Shown piece by piece: positions 17,081 to 26,495 of a stretch of DNA of 46,850 nucleotides. Numbering within the stretch: the first letter of the stretch is position 1; every line of letters starts with the position of its first letter. The notes beneath the pieces are model-generated. The model worked only from the letters and a program-made list of their open reading frames with translations. It had not been told where the DNA came from and searched no databases. Location: NCBI GenBank assembly GCA_965602215.1, contig CBFCYS010000001.1:1-46850 (forward strand), in the 5' to 3' direction. The stretch is from an uncultured bacterium. Its GTDB lineage: Bacteria > RBG-13-66-14 > B26-G2 > WVWN01. A program made the translations under genes and the position numbers.

Positions 17081-17874
17081 AATATTGGATTCACATTGCC
17101 CGCGCCCACTTCACCGCGGAATTTATCACGTTTTTACGTTACCCGTTCGACCTCGCGTCGCTGTACCTCATCGTAACGCTACCTTTGGTCGGCATATTCC
17201 TGGGCGTTTACGCTTTAGTCCCCGCCGGCCTCGTTATGGGCAGTACGATGGCGTCGGTCTACGTGGGCTACATATTCTGGACGTTCTACGTGCTCACCGT
17301 ACAACAGGCGGCTTGGGAAATAAAGGCGGCCGCGACTAAGGGTTATATCGAGCGCGAGTTCCTCACCCCCGCGGGGCACGGCCCGACCGTCGTCGCTAAA
17401 ATATTCGCGGTAAGCGCGACCGGCCTGTTTCACTACGCTGTGATATCCATAACATGCGCGCTGATTTGCGGCTTCGCGTTGACCGTAGACGTGCTGAGCG
17501 TACTATTCATATTCTTTTTTTGCTACGTTTTCCTCGCCGGCATCGGCCTCACGGTCGCCGGCTTCGCGCTCGTGTTCAAACGCATAGCCAATCTGATCGT
17601 GTTAGTTCAATTTGTATTGATCGTACTCTCGTTTGCGGCGTTGGGCTCCTACCACCGGGCCGCGGAAACCGCGCTGCGATGGTTCCCCTATACGCAGTCG
17701 GTACGGTTGTTACGCGCGGTCCTACTCGACGGCAAAGGCTTTTCGTACGTGACACAACCCGCGAACCTCGTGCCGTTGGTCGTGGGGGCGTTAGCATTCT
17801 TCGGCGCGGGGTACCTTGCTTTCCGGTGGCTCGACCGGGTCGCTATGGACCGCGGATTAATCGGCCAGTTCTAA
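17077..17874 (+). CDS. ABC-2 type transporter permease
   Basis: I trimmed to GTG 17077 (GTGA overlap with the ATPase stop). The 265-aa protein has about 6 hydrophobic helices. Confidence 0.65.
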   Translation: MKYWIHIARAHFTAEFITFLRYPFDLASLYLIVTLPLVGIFLGVYALVPAGLVMGSTMASVYVGYIFWTFYVLTVQQAAWEIKAAATKGYIEREFLTPAGHGPTVVAKIFAVSATGLFHYAVISITCALICGFALTVDVLSVLFIFFFCYVFLAGIGLTVAGFALVFKRIANLIVLVQFVLIVLSFAALGSYHRAAETALRWFPYTQSVRLLRAVLLDGKGFSYVTQPANLVPLVVGALAFFGAGYLAFRWLDRVAMDRGLIGQF

Positions 17875-17893
17875 AGGTTAACGACACGGAGTT

Positions 17894-18862
17894 ATGAAAT
17901 ATATTTATTTTATAGCGACGGCGCTCGCGTCGGCGCTGCCTACGACCACGGCGGCGACGTACTTGTACGAAGGGGAATGGGGCCGGTTGGGCACGGGCCA
18001 CGGCGCGTTCGTGGAAGTATCCGGCGTCGCCGTAGCGCCCAACGGGAACGTCTACGTATCCGACCCGAGCAATAACTGCATCCAATACTTTACGGCCTCC
18101 GGCAGCTTCCTCGGCGTGTGGGGGACGGCCGGAACCGACCCCGGCCGGTTCAACAGGCCTTTCGGCGTGGCGGTAGCGCCTAAAGGACGGGTATACGTCG
18201 TCGATACGGACAACAACCGCGTCCAGTACTTCACCGCCGCCGGCAGCTACCTCGGGAAGTGGGGCCGAGCAGGGTCGGGGCCGGGAGAGTTCGACAACCC
18301 TCTCGGCGTCGCGGTCGCGCGCAGCGGGAACGTCTTTGTCGCCGACGCCGGGAACGACCGCATACAACGATTCGCCCCCAACGGCCGCTACCTCGGGAAG
18401 TGGGGCCGCAGCGGCAACGGGAACGGCGAGCTGAACTTCCCCGCCGACGTCGCGCTCGCGCCGGACGGCCGCGCGTACGTGGCGGACGCCCGCAACGCCC
18501 GGGTCCAATACTTCACCGGGTTCGGAACGTTCCTGGGCAAGTGGGGCGCGTGGGGTTACGGCGAAGGGCAATTCTTCTACCCGAAGGCCTTAGCGGTTTC
18601 GGGCGACGACCGGGTATTCGTAACGGAGGATTTCAACCATCGCGTTCAGTGTTTTACGACCGGCGGCAGTTTTATCGGGATATGGGGCTCGCTCGGAAGG
18701 GGCGAAGGAGAATTCAACGAACCCCGCGGCGTAGCGACGTTCAACGACGGTAAACGGGTATACGTCGCCGACCGGTGGAACGACCGCGTACAATATTTCC
18801 GGCGCGTGGAATCCGGCGTCGAGCCGTGCTCGCTCGGGCGGGTAAAAGCGCTTTTCGAATAG
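17894..18862 (+). CDS. Secreted six-bladed NHL-repeat beta-propeller protein 1
   Basis: A signal peptide is followed by six units of about 47 aa of the type G.G.G.F..P.GVAV.P.G.VYVAD..N.R(I/V)QYF...G.(F/Y)LG.WG. The C-terminal tail is VEPCSLGRVKALFE. Confidence 0.85.
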   Translation: MKYIYFIATALASALPTTTAATYLYEGEWGRLGTGHGAFVEVSGVAVAPNGNVYVSDPSNNCIQYFTASGSFLGVWGTAGTDPGRFNRPFGVAVAPKGRVYVVDTDNNRVQYFTAAGSYLGKWGRAGSGPGEFDNPLGVAVARSGNVFVADAGNDRIQRFAPNGRYLGKWGRSGNGNGELNFPADVALAPDGRAYVADARNARVQYFTGFGTFLGKWGAWGYGEGQFFYPKALAVSGDDRVFVTEDFNHRVQCFTTGGSFIGIWGSLGRGEGEFNEPRGVATFNDGKRVYVADRWNDRVQYFRRVESGVEPCSLGRVKALFE

Positions 18863-18956
18863 ATTTAATTTTCCTTTCCTTCCCGAGCAAGGCGGCGCGC
18901 GATTTTACCAACGAAAACTTACGGTCATCCCGACATTCAACCGGGGAGGTTCGAAT

Positions 18957-19934
18957 ATGAAAAGGACAATCACGACGGCGGCCTTGTTGCTACTGGCCGC
19001 GACGGCGGCTTTCGCCGAGTTCGCGTACGAAGGACAATGGGGAAAACAGGGCTCGAAAGAAGGCCAGTTCGACCACCCGTGGGACGTCGCCGTAGCCGGC
19101 GGCGGCCGCGTCTTCGTCGTCGACCGCCACAACCACCGCATCCAGTACTTCGCCGCCACCGGGAGCTACCGCGGTACGTGGGGTTCGTACGGTACCGCCG
19201 CGGGCAAGTTCCGCTTCCCCTCCGGGGTCGTCGCGTCCGCGAACGGCGTATACGTCGGCGACTCGCTAAACCATCGCGTCCAGCGTTTCACCACCGGGGG
19301 AAGTTTCCGAAACGCCTGGGGCGAACGCGGTACGGGAGAAGGAGAATTCGATAGGCCCCTCGGCGTAGCCACGGCGCCCAACGGCAACGTTTACGTCGTC
19401 GACTCCGGCAACTACCGCATCCAATACTTCTCGCCGGCGGGAAGCTTCGTCGGCAGTTGGGGCGCGCAGGGCAGCGGCGAGGGCCAATTCGAAGCCCCCC
19501 GGGGAATAGCCGTAGGGCAAAACGGCAACGTCTACGTCGCGGACGCCGAGAACCATCGCGTCCAGCGTTTTTCCTCCAACGGCAGCTTCTTGAAGTCGTG
19601 GGGCACGCGGGGAAGCGGCGAAGGCCAATTCAACACCCCGTACGGCGTCGCCGTCGGCCCGGACGGCAACGTGTACGTCGCCGATTGCGACAACCACCGC
19701 ATCCAGTATTTCAATCCGGCGGGGAGCTTCGTCGGCAGGTGGGGTTCGTTCGGGACGGGCGACGGCCAGCTCAACTACGCCCGGGGCGTAGCCGCGACGG
19801 CGTGGAGCGGCGATACGTCGACCGTACGCGTCTACGTTGCGGATACCAACAACAACCGGGTTCAGTATTTCAAAGACCTCCAGCCTGCGGTAGAGCCGAC
19901 GTCGTTGGGACGGGTAAAGGGACTTTTTAAATAG
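18957..19934 (+). CDS. Secreted NHL-repeat beta-propeller protein 2
   Basis: Signal MKRTITTAALLLLAATAAFA, then six NHL units. The tail is VEPTSLGRVKGLFK. Confidence 0.85.
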   Translation: MKRTITTAALLLLAATAAFAEFAYEGQWGKQGSKEGQFDHPWDVAVAGGGRVFVVDRHNHRIQYFAATGSYRGTWGSYGTAAGKFRFPSGVVASANGVYVGDSLNHRVQRFTTGGSFRNAWGERGTGEGEFDRPLGVATAPNGNVYVVDSGNYRIQYFSPAGSFVGSWGAQGSGEGQFEAPRGIAVGQNGNVYVADAENHRVQRFSSNGSFLKSWGTRGSGEGQFNTPYGVAVGPDGNVYVADCDNHRIQYFNPAGSFVGRWGSFGTGDGQLNYARGVAATAWSGDTSTVRVYVADTNNNRVQYFKDLQPAVEPTSLGRVKGLFK

Positions 19935-20031
19935 GTCGAGCACCGGGTCCCGCGGCAATGTACCGACGCGTCCGCGGACTTGAGCGCGAACGACTTAACA
20001 CCGCTAACCACATCCTGACGAAGGACGGGAA

Positions 20032-20997
20032 ATGAAACGAGTATCCATATCAGCCGCGCTCTTGATCTGTATGGCCGCGGCCGCCTCCGCCGAATTCAAG
20101 TACGCGGGCCAGTGGGGCTCGTCCGGCGCCGCGGCCAGCGAATTCAACGCGCCGACGGGAATAGCCGTCGCGCCCAACGGCAACGTGTACGTCGCGGACG
20201 CGTTTAACCATCGCATCCAATACTTTACCGCCACCGGCAGCTTCCTCGGCCGATGGGGCTCGCGCGGTTCCGACAAAGGCCAGTTCATCTACCCCTCGGA
20301 CGTGGCGGTGGCTCCCAACGGCAACGTCTACGTCGCCGACTTCGACAACAACCGAATCCAATACTTCAAACCGAACGGCGCGTACCTGGGCCAGTGGGGC
20401 GAGTACGGCGTACTGCCGCGGTTCTTCAATAAACCGCACGGCGTGTCGGTGTCGCGCAGCGGCAACGTCTACGTCGCCGACACGTTCAACAATCGCGTGC
20501 AGTATTTCACGCGAGCCGGCAGCTTCCTGGGCTCCTGGGGTACCAAAGGCGCAATCGACGGCGAATTCCAACAACCGATCTGCGTCGCCGTAGCACCCCA
20601 CGGCAACGTCTACGTAGCGGACCAACTCAACGACCGGGTGCAATACTTCGACGCCAAAGGCATCTTCCTCGGTAAATGGGGCACGAACGGTTTCGGCTGG
20701 GGCCAATTCCAGTACCCCTCGGCCATAGCAGCCGGCTCCGATTACCGCATCTACGTCACCGATTACTCCTGGCACCACGTCCAATACTTCACCGCGTCCG
20801 GCAGCTACCTCGGCAAATGGGGCAGCCGGGGAGAAGGCGACGGCGAATTCAACTTCCCCGACGGCGTCGCCATCTCGCCCGCCGGCACGAAAGCATACGT
20901 CGCCGATACCGGCAACAACCGCATCCAATACTTCAAGCGCGTCGAGCCCGCCGTCGCGCCCTCCTCGCTGGGGCGCGTGAAAGCGCTGTTTAAGTAA
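20032..20997 (+). CDS. Secreted NHL-repeat beta-propeller protein 3
   Basis: Signal MKRVSISAALLICMAAAASA, then six NHL units. The tail is VAPSSLGRVKALFK. Confidence 0.85.
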   Translation: MKRVSISAALLICMAAAASAEFKYAGQWGSSGAAASEFNAPTGIAVAPNGNVYVADAFNHRIQYFTATGSFLGRWGSRGSDKGQFIYPSDVAVAPNGNVYVADFDNNRIQYFKPNGAYLGQWGEYGVLPRFFNKPHGVSVSRSGNVYVADTFNNRVQYFTRAGSFLGSWGTKGAIDGEFQQPICVAVAPHGNVYVADQLNDRVQYFDAKGIFLGKWGTNGFGWGQFQYPSAIAAGSDYRIYVTDYSWHHVQYFTASGSYLGKWGSRGEGDGEFNFPDGVAISPAGTKAYVADTGNNRIQYFKRVEPAVAPSSLGRVKALFK

Positions 20998-22269
20998 ATG
21001 AAAAAATCGTTCGAGCTCTTTGTCGCGCGGCGCTACCTTACCGCCAAGGGGAAAGATACCTTCCTCTCCGTCATCACGCTCATATCCATCGGCGGCGTCA
21101 CTTTAGGCGTGACGGCGCTCGTCGTCGTCATCAGCGTGATGAACGGCTTCGAGATCGACCTGCGCGAGAAGATCCTCGGAACCACGGCCCACATTACGGT
21201 CCTCCACGTAGGCCGGGAGGGCATCACCGACTACCCGGAGGTGGCGGCCGAAGTCGAACGGGTGGAAGGCGTCGAGGCCGTGGCGCCGTTCGTCTTCGTC
21301 GAGGGAATCCTCTCGTCGAAGCACGACTCCATCGGCGCCGTCATACGCGGCGTCGACATGGCGAGCCACCGCGAGATATCCACCATCGAGGATAAAATCG
21401 TCGAGGGGACGATGGACTTCGACGTCGCGAAGAAGTCGACGCTGGAGCCCGAGTTGGGCGGTTACGTCCCGCCCGACGACGGCATCGTCCTCGGCGTAGA
21501 GCTCGCCCGCAACCTGGGCGTCGACCTCAACGACACCGTCACGCTCATCTCGCCCCAGGTCATCTGGAACCCGCTCGCGCCGGTCCCTCCCAAGATGAAA
21601 AACTTCCGCGTCGTCGGCATCTTCGACGTCGGCATGTTCGAGTTCGACTCGTCGCTCGCGTACATAGATTTAAAAACGGCGCAAGAGTTCCTCGCCATCC
21701 CTCGTAAAGTCAACGGCCTGGAAGTCCGCGTCGCCGACGTCTTCGACGCGCCGCTCGTCTCCGCCCGCATAAACGACGCCTTAGGTCTCCCCTACTTCGC
21801 CCGCGACTGGACCATTACCCACGAGCAGCTCTGGACCATGCTGGCGCTGGAAAAGCACACCATGTTCGTCATCCTCACGCTCATCATACTGGTGGCCGCG
21901 TTCAACGTCCTCTCCACGCTCATCATGATCGTCATCGAGAAGACGCCCGAAATAGGCATCTTGAAAGCGATGGGCGCGACCAACGGCGCCGTCGTCCGCA
22001 TCTTCGTCCTAAAGGGCCTTATCATCGGGACGGTGGGAACGGCGCTCGGCGTGGTTGCGGGCCTGGGCCTTTGCCGCATCCTGGAGAGGTACCAGTTCGT
22101 AAAGCTGCCGGCGGAAGTGTACGCTCTGCGCACGCTGCCCGTCGTCGTTCAACCGTTGGACGTCCTGTTCATTTGCGTCGTAGCGCTCACGATAAGCGTG
22201 GCCGCGACGATATACCCGGCCTGGCGCGCGGCGCGCCTCGAGCCGGTAGAAGCGATCCAACATGAATAA
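20998..22269 (+). CDS. Lipoprotein-releasing system permease, LolC/LolE family (FtsX/MacB-type)
   Basis: 423 aa. The sequence starts FELFVARRYL..K.....S.I..ISI.GV.LGV.AL..V.SVMNGF, has a periplasmic domain and ends in an FtsX-like 3-TM bundle. The start abuts the NHL3 stop. Confidence 0.85.
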   Translation: MKKSFELFVARRYLTAKGKDTFLSVITLISIGGVTLGVTALVVVISVMNGFEIDLREKILGTTAHITVLHVGREGITDYPEVAAEVERVEGVEAVAPFVFVEGILSSKHDSIGAVIRGVDMASHREISTIEDKIVEGTMDFDVAKKSTLEPELGGYVPPDDGIVLGVELARNLGVDLNDTVTLISPQVIWNPLAPVPPKMKNFRVVGIFDVGMFEFDSSLAYIDLKTAQEFLAIPRKVNGLEVRVADVFDAPLVSARINDALGLPYFARDWTITHEQLWTMLALEKHTMFVILTLIILVAAFNVLSTLIMIVIEKTPEIGILKAMGATNGAVVRIFVLKGLIIGTVGTALGVVAGLGLCRILERYQFVKLPAEVYALRTLPVVVQPLDVLFICVVALTISVAATIYPAWRAARLEPVEAIQHE

Positions 22270-22948
22270 CGTCGTCGAAGCGCGAGGGCTTCACAAGTAC
22301 TACCGGAGCGGCGACCAGACCCTCAAGATCCTCGTGGGCCTGGACCTGGACGTCGCCGCCGGCGAGGTGGTGGCCGTCGTCGGCGAGTCGGGCGCGGGCA
22401 AGACGACGCTGCTCAACTTACTGGGCGGCCTGGACAAACCCACCGAAGGCCGCGTTTTCGTGGACGACACCGACATCTTCGACCTGGCGGGCTCCCGGCG
22501 AGCGCGCTTCCGCAACCGCTCCGTAGGGTACGTATTCCAGTTCCACCACCTGCTGCCCGAATTCACCGCGCTCGAGAACGTAATGATGCCGCTGCTTATA
22601 GCCCGGGCGGACGCCGCGGAAGCGGCGCGGCGCGCGCGCAAATACCTCGACGCCGTGGGCGTACTCAAACGCGAAACGCACCGCCCGGCCAAGCTCTCGG
22701 GCGGCGAACGCCAACGGGTAGCGGTCGCCCGGGCGTTGGCGGCGGAACCGGCCGTGGTCCTGGCCGACGAACCTTCCGGCAACCTCGACGAACACACCGC
22801 CGGGAGTTTGCACGACCTTCTCTTCGACCTCAACGCGCGCTTGGGACAAACGTTCGTAATCGTTACGCACAATCGCGCGTTGGCCCGCCGGTGCACGCGG
22901 ACGTTGACGTTGGAAGGCGGCGTCTTGCACGGCACCGAAATCCCGTAA
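22262..22948 (+). CDS. lolD: Lipoprotein-releasing system ATP-binding protein
   Basis: GESGAGKTTLLN, FRNRSVGYVFQFHHLLPEFTALENV, LSGGERQRVAVARAL and VLADEPSGNLD. Confidence 0.85.
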   Translation: MNNVVEARGLHKYYRSGDQTLKILVGLDLDVAAGEVVAVVGESGAGKTTLLNLLGGLDKPTEGRVFVDDTDIFDLAGSRRARFRNRSVGYVFQFHHLLPEFTALENVMMPLLIARADAAEAARRARKYLDAVGVLKRETHRPAKLSGGERQRVAVARALAAEPAVVLADEPSGNLDEHTAGSLHDLLFDLNARLGQTFVIVTHNRALARRCTRTLTLEGGVLHGTEIP

Positions 22949-22951
22949 AAC

Positions 22952-22980
22952 TTGCGGCGGTTTTCGAAAGATGATATAAT
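22952..22980 (+). promoter_or_regulatory. Candidate promoter of clpC
   Basis: TTGCGG-17 nt-TATAAT (perfect -10), 58 nt upstream of ATG 23039. Confidence 0.5.
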
Positions 22981-23038
22981 TACGTACGAAAGTAAAAACG
23001 GAACCGGAAAAACCCTTACGTTTTAAAAGCGAAAAATT

Positions 23039-25489
23039 ATGCTGGATAAATTTACGGCTCGGGCCCGAAAAGTCATCCTTATTGCACGCGAGGAAGCGAC
23101 GCGCCTCCACCACGACGCCGTCGGAACCGAGCATATACTCCTGGGCCTCATCCGCGAAGGCGACGGTGGCGCGGCGGCGGTCCTGCGGAAGTTCGGCCTC
23201 TCGCTCGAGATGGCGCGCCGGCAGGTGGAAAAACTTATACCGCCGGGCGGCGGCATGCGGACCGTGGGCGACATCCCCTTCACCGCCCGCGCCAAATCTG
23301 TCATAGGCCACGCGGTCGAGGAATCGGGCTTGCTCAACCACAACTACGTGGGCACCGAACACCTCTTGTTGGGAATACTCCGCGAGGCCGAGAGCGTCGC
23401 GGTCAAGGTTCTCACCCACCTCAACGTCGATCCGGACGACCTCCGCCTCGAGGTCATCTCGAGCCTGGGCACAGGCGAGAAGGCCACGCGGACGAGGCGC
23501 CGCAAGTCGAAGACGCCGGTCCTCGACGAGTTCGGCCGCGACTTAACCGCGTTGGGCCGCGACGGCGAGCTCGACCCCGTCATCGGCCGCGAAGACGAGA
23601 TCGAGCGCGTGATTCAAATTCTCAGCCGCCGCAAAAAGAACAACCCGGTCCTCATAGGCGAGCCGGGCGTCGGCAAGACCGCCATCGTCGAGGGCCTCGC
23701 CCAAAGCATCATCGAGAACAACGTCCCGGAGGCGCTGACCGGCAAGCGGCTGTTGACTCTCGACCTGGCCGCGGTCGTGGCGGGCACCAAGTACCGGGGC
23801 CAGTTCGAGGAACGGATGCGGATGGTCGTCGAGGAGATACGGAAAAACGAGGACATCATCATCTTCATCGACGAGCTCCACACCATCGTAGGCGCCGGCG
23901 CCGCGGAGGGAGCCATCGACGCTTCCAATATGCTCAAACCGGCGCTGGCGCGAGGCGAGTTACAGTGCATCGGCGCCACCACCCTCTCCGATTACCGCAA
24001 GCACATCGAAAAAGACGGCGCGCTCGAGCGGCGATTCCAAACTATAATGGTGGACGCGCCCTCGGTCGAGGAGACGATTGAGATAATCCAGGGCCTCCGG
24101 GACCGGTACGAGGAACACCACCACGTTAAGATAAAAGACGACGCCATCGTCGCCGCGGCCCGGCTGGCGGACAGGTACATATCGGACCGCTACCTCCCCG
24201 ACAAGGGCATAGACGTCATCGACGAGGGCTGCGCGATGGTGCGGCTGCGCCATTCGACGCTGCCGCCCGACATCCGCGACCTGGAAGGCAAAACGGCCGA
24301 GATGCGCACCGAAAAGGAAGCGGCCATCGAACGCCAGGAATTCGAGACCGCGGCCCGCTACCGCGACCGCGAGCGCGAATACCGCCTTAAGGTCGAGGAG
24401 GCCAAGGAGCGGTGGCGCGCCCTCACCGAACAGGAAGAGAACGTCCTCACGGTGGACGACGTCGCCTACATCGTATCCAAGACCACCGGCATACCGGTCG
24501 ACCGGCTCGAGCAGGAGGAGTTCGAAAAACTGCTCCGGATGGAGGACGACCTCCACAAACGCGTCATAGGCCAGAACGAGGCCATCGGCGTCGTAACGCG
24601 AGCCATAAGGCGCAGCCGCCTGGGCGTCAAAGACCTCAAGCGGCCCATCGGCTCCTTTATTTTCCTCGGCCCCACGGGCGTCGGCAAGACCGAACTCGCC
24701 AAAGCACTGGCCGAATTCCTGTTCGAGGACGAGGACGCGATTATCCGCGTCGACATGTCGGAGTACATGGAGAAGCACACCGTCTCGCGGCTCGTGGGCG
24801 CGCCCCCGGGCTACGTCGGCTACGAGGAGGGCGGCCAGCTGACGGAACGCGTCCGCCGCAAACCCTACTCCGTCATATTGCTGGACGAGATAGAGAAAGC
24901 CCACCCCGACGTATTCAACGTCCTCTTACAGGTAATGGAGGACGGCCGGTTGACCGACAACATAGGCCGCACCGTCGACTTCCGCAACATCGTCCTCATT
25001 ATGACGTCGAACATCGGCGCCCGCCAGATCAAGGACGGCGGCGGCATAGGCTTCGGCGCCGCCCCCGGCGAGGCGACGTACGGAGAAATCAAGAAGACCG
25101 TGATGACCGAGGTCAAGAAGCTCTTCAACCCGGAATTTCTGAACCGGGTCGACGAGGTCATCGTCTTCCACCCCCTCGATAAGCGACACCTCCGCTCCAT
25201 CGTCACGCTCATGATAAACGAGCTCAAGCAAAGGTTGGAAGAGCACATGCTCGAGCTCTATTTCACCGACGACGCCAGCGAGTTCCTGATGGAGAAAGGG
25301 TACGACCCGACTTTCGGCGCCCGGCCCCTCCGCCGCACGATACAGAAATATGTGGAAGACGCGTTGGTCGAAAAGTTGCTCCGGGAGGACGTTACCCCCG
25401 GCGATACCGTCGCCATAGACGTCACCGCCGAAAGCGACCAACTCTCCTTCGAAATAGTAAAAACCCTTACCGGCGCCGAGCAAAGCTAA
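23039..25489 (+). CDS. clpC: ATP-dependent Clp protease ATP-binding subunit ClpC (class I AAA+)
   Basis: 816 aa. It has two Clp_N repeats ([19 protein letters not shown]), Walker A motifs GEPGVGKT and GPTGVGKT, and a UVR-like linker [12 protein letters not shown]. Confidence 0.93.
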   Translation: MLDKFTARARKVILIAREEATRLHHDAVGTEHILLGLIREGDGGAAAVLRKFGLSLEMARRQVEKLIPPGGGMRTVGDIPFTARAKSVIGHAVEESGLLNHNYVGTEHLLLGILREAESVAVKVLTHLNVDPDDLRLEVISSLGTGEKATRTRRRKSKTPVLDEFGRDLTALGRDGELDPVIGREDEIERVIQILSRRKKNNPVLIGEPGVGKTAIVEGLAQSIIENNVPEALTGKRLLTLDLAAVVAGTKYRGQFEERMRMVVEEIRKNEDIIIFIDELHTIVGAGAAEGAIDASNMLKPALARGELQCIGATTLSDYRKHIEKDGALERRFQTIMVDAPSVEETIEIIQGLRDRYEEHHHVKIKDDAIVAAARLADRYISDRYLPDKGIDVIDEGCAMVRLRHSTLPPDIRDLEGKTAEMRTEKEAAIERQEFETAARYRDREREYRLKVEEAKERWRALTEQEENVLTVDDVAYIVSKTTGIPVDRLEQEEFEKLLRMEDDLHKRVIGQNEAIGVVTRAIRRSRLGVKDLKRPIGSFIFLGPTGVGKTELAKALAEFLFEDEDAIIRVDMSEYMEKHTVSRLVGAPPGYVGYEEGGQLTERVRRKPYSVILLDEIEKAHPDVFNVLLQVMEDGRLTDNIGRTVDFRNIVLIMTSNIGARQIKDGGGIGFGAAPGEATYGEIKKTVMTEVKKLFNPEFLNRVDEVIVFHPLDKRHLRSIVTLMINELKQRLEEHMLELYFTDDASEFLMEKGYDPTFGARPLRRTIQKYVEDALVEKLLREDVTPGDTVAIDVTAESDQLSFEIVKTLTGAEQS

Positions 25490-25495
25490 TAGAAC

Positions 25496-25516
25496 GCCGA
25501 GGACCCAAACCTCGGC
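25496..25516 (+). terminator. Hairpin directly after the clpC stop (weak terminator candidate, no U-tract)
   Basis: GCCGAGG-acccaaa-CCTCGGC. Confidence 0.3.
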
Positions 25517-25623
25517 CCCCCCTAAATAACCGCGCCGAGTCCGAATATTCGCCGTAATATACACGGAACGAAATCCGGGATTTCAGCGATTCGGGCCGCG
25601 GCGCCCCGCCCATCGGAGGGATT

Positions 25624-25944
25624 ATGGCCGACGATAAAAAGAAAAAACCCGAACCGGAACGCCCGTTAATCGAACCCGAAATGGCCGACGAGGTGGCGGA
25701 CGGCGCCTACGCCAACGTCGCGCAGATAGTGTTCTCGCCGGCCGAGTTCGTCTTCGACTTCGGCCGCGCCGTGCCGGGGCGGGCCGGCTTCAAAATCATT
25801 AGCCGCATAATAACGACGCCGCTGCACGCCAAGCAATTCCTGACGACGCTCACCGAGAACGTCTCGCGCTTCGAAGAGCAGTTCGGCGAAATCAAGATAC
25901 CGCAGCGGCCCGAGCCCGGCGGCCCCGAAGGCTTCAAGCAATAG
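25624..25944 (+). CDS. DUF3467 domain protein
   Basis: 106 aa. ADGAYANVAQIVFSPAEFVFDFGR...SRIITTPLHAKQFLTTLTENVSRFE matches my recollection of the DUF3467 consensus. GGAGGG RBS. Confidence 0.6.
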   Translation: MADDKKKKPEPERPLIEPEMADEVADGAYANVAQIVFSPAEFVFDFGRAVPGRAGFKIISRIITTPLHAKQFLTTLTENVSRFEEQFGEIKIPQRPEPGGPEGFKQ

Positions 25945-25946
25945 AG

Positions 25947-26462
25947 ATGGAGAAACGGCCTAACCTCTTCGTTCCCGGTAAAACGGAATACGTTAAAAAC
26001 AGGACCGGCCGGCCTCCCGGCCGGTGCATCCTGTGCGACGTCGTACGCGGCGAAGGCGACGTCGTTAACCTGGAGCTTGTACGCGACGAAGGTTTCGTAA
26101 TCACGCTCAACCTCTACCCTTACAACCCGGGCCACGTAATGGTTTTTCCCGCCCGCCACGTAGAGGACCCGCGCGAGCTCGACGCCGACGAGCACGCCCG
26201 CCTCGCGCAGCTGCAGAATTTAACTCTCGACGTGCTCTCCGCGGAATACGAACCCGGCGGCTTCAACGTCGGCTATAACGTCGGCGTCGCCGCGGGCGCC
26301 TCCATCGCCCACCTCCACCTTCACATCGTCCCGCGATACCCGCGCGAACTGGGCGTCGTGGACGTCCTGTCGGGCGCGAAGATCGTTATCGAAGACCCGA
26401 CCGAAACGCGACGGCGGCTGCGGCCCGCGTTCGAAAAAGCCCTCGAAAAAAGCCGCGGCTAG
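25947..26462 (+). CDS. HIT family (histidine triad) nucleotide hydrolase/transferase
   Basis: 171 aa. It has a C.LC segment, NLYPYNPGHVMVFP and the histidine triad HLHLHIVPR. Confidence 0.85.
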   Translation: MEKRPNLFVPGKTEYVKNRTGRPPGRCILCDVVRGEGDVVNLELVRDEGFVITLNLYPYNPGHVMVFPARHVEDPRELDADEHARLAQLQNLTLDVLSAEYEPGGFNVGYNVGVAAGASIAHLHLHIVPRYPRELGVVDVLSGAKIVIEDPTETRRRLRPAFEKALEKSRG

Positions 26463-26495
26463 CAAGGCCGCGGCTTGAAATTTATACCCATTCCC

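Noticed and set aside
17843-20928. Minus-strand ORFs of 242, 230 and 292 aa opposite the three NHL genes, and the periodic nucleotide repeats across this region
   Set aside because: The periodicity (about 141 nt) is the NHL coding repeat, so this is not a CRISPR array or a satellite. There are no unique spacers, and the units are degenerate at synonymous sites. The antisense ORFs are GC-driven shadows.
22418-24904. Minus-strand ORFs (333 aa and 314 aa) antisense to lolD and clpC
   Set aside because: LolD and ClpC Walker and signature motifs are on the plus strand. The antisense ORFs are shadows.
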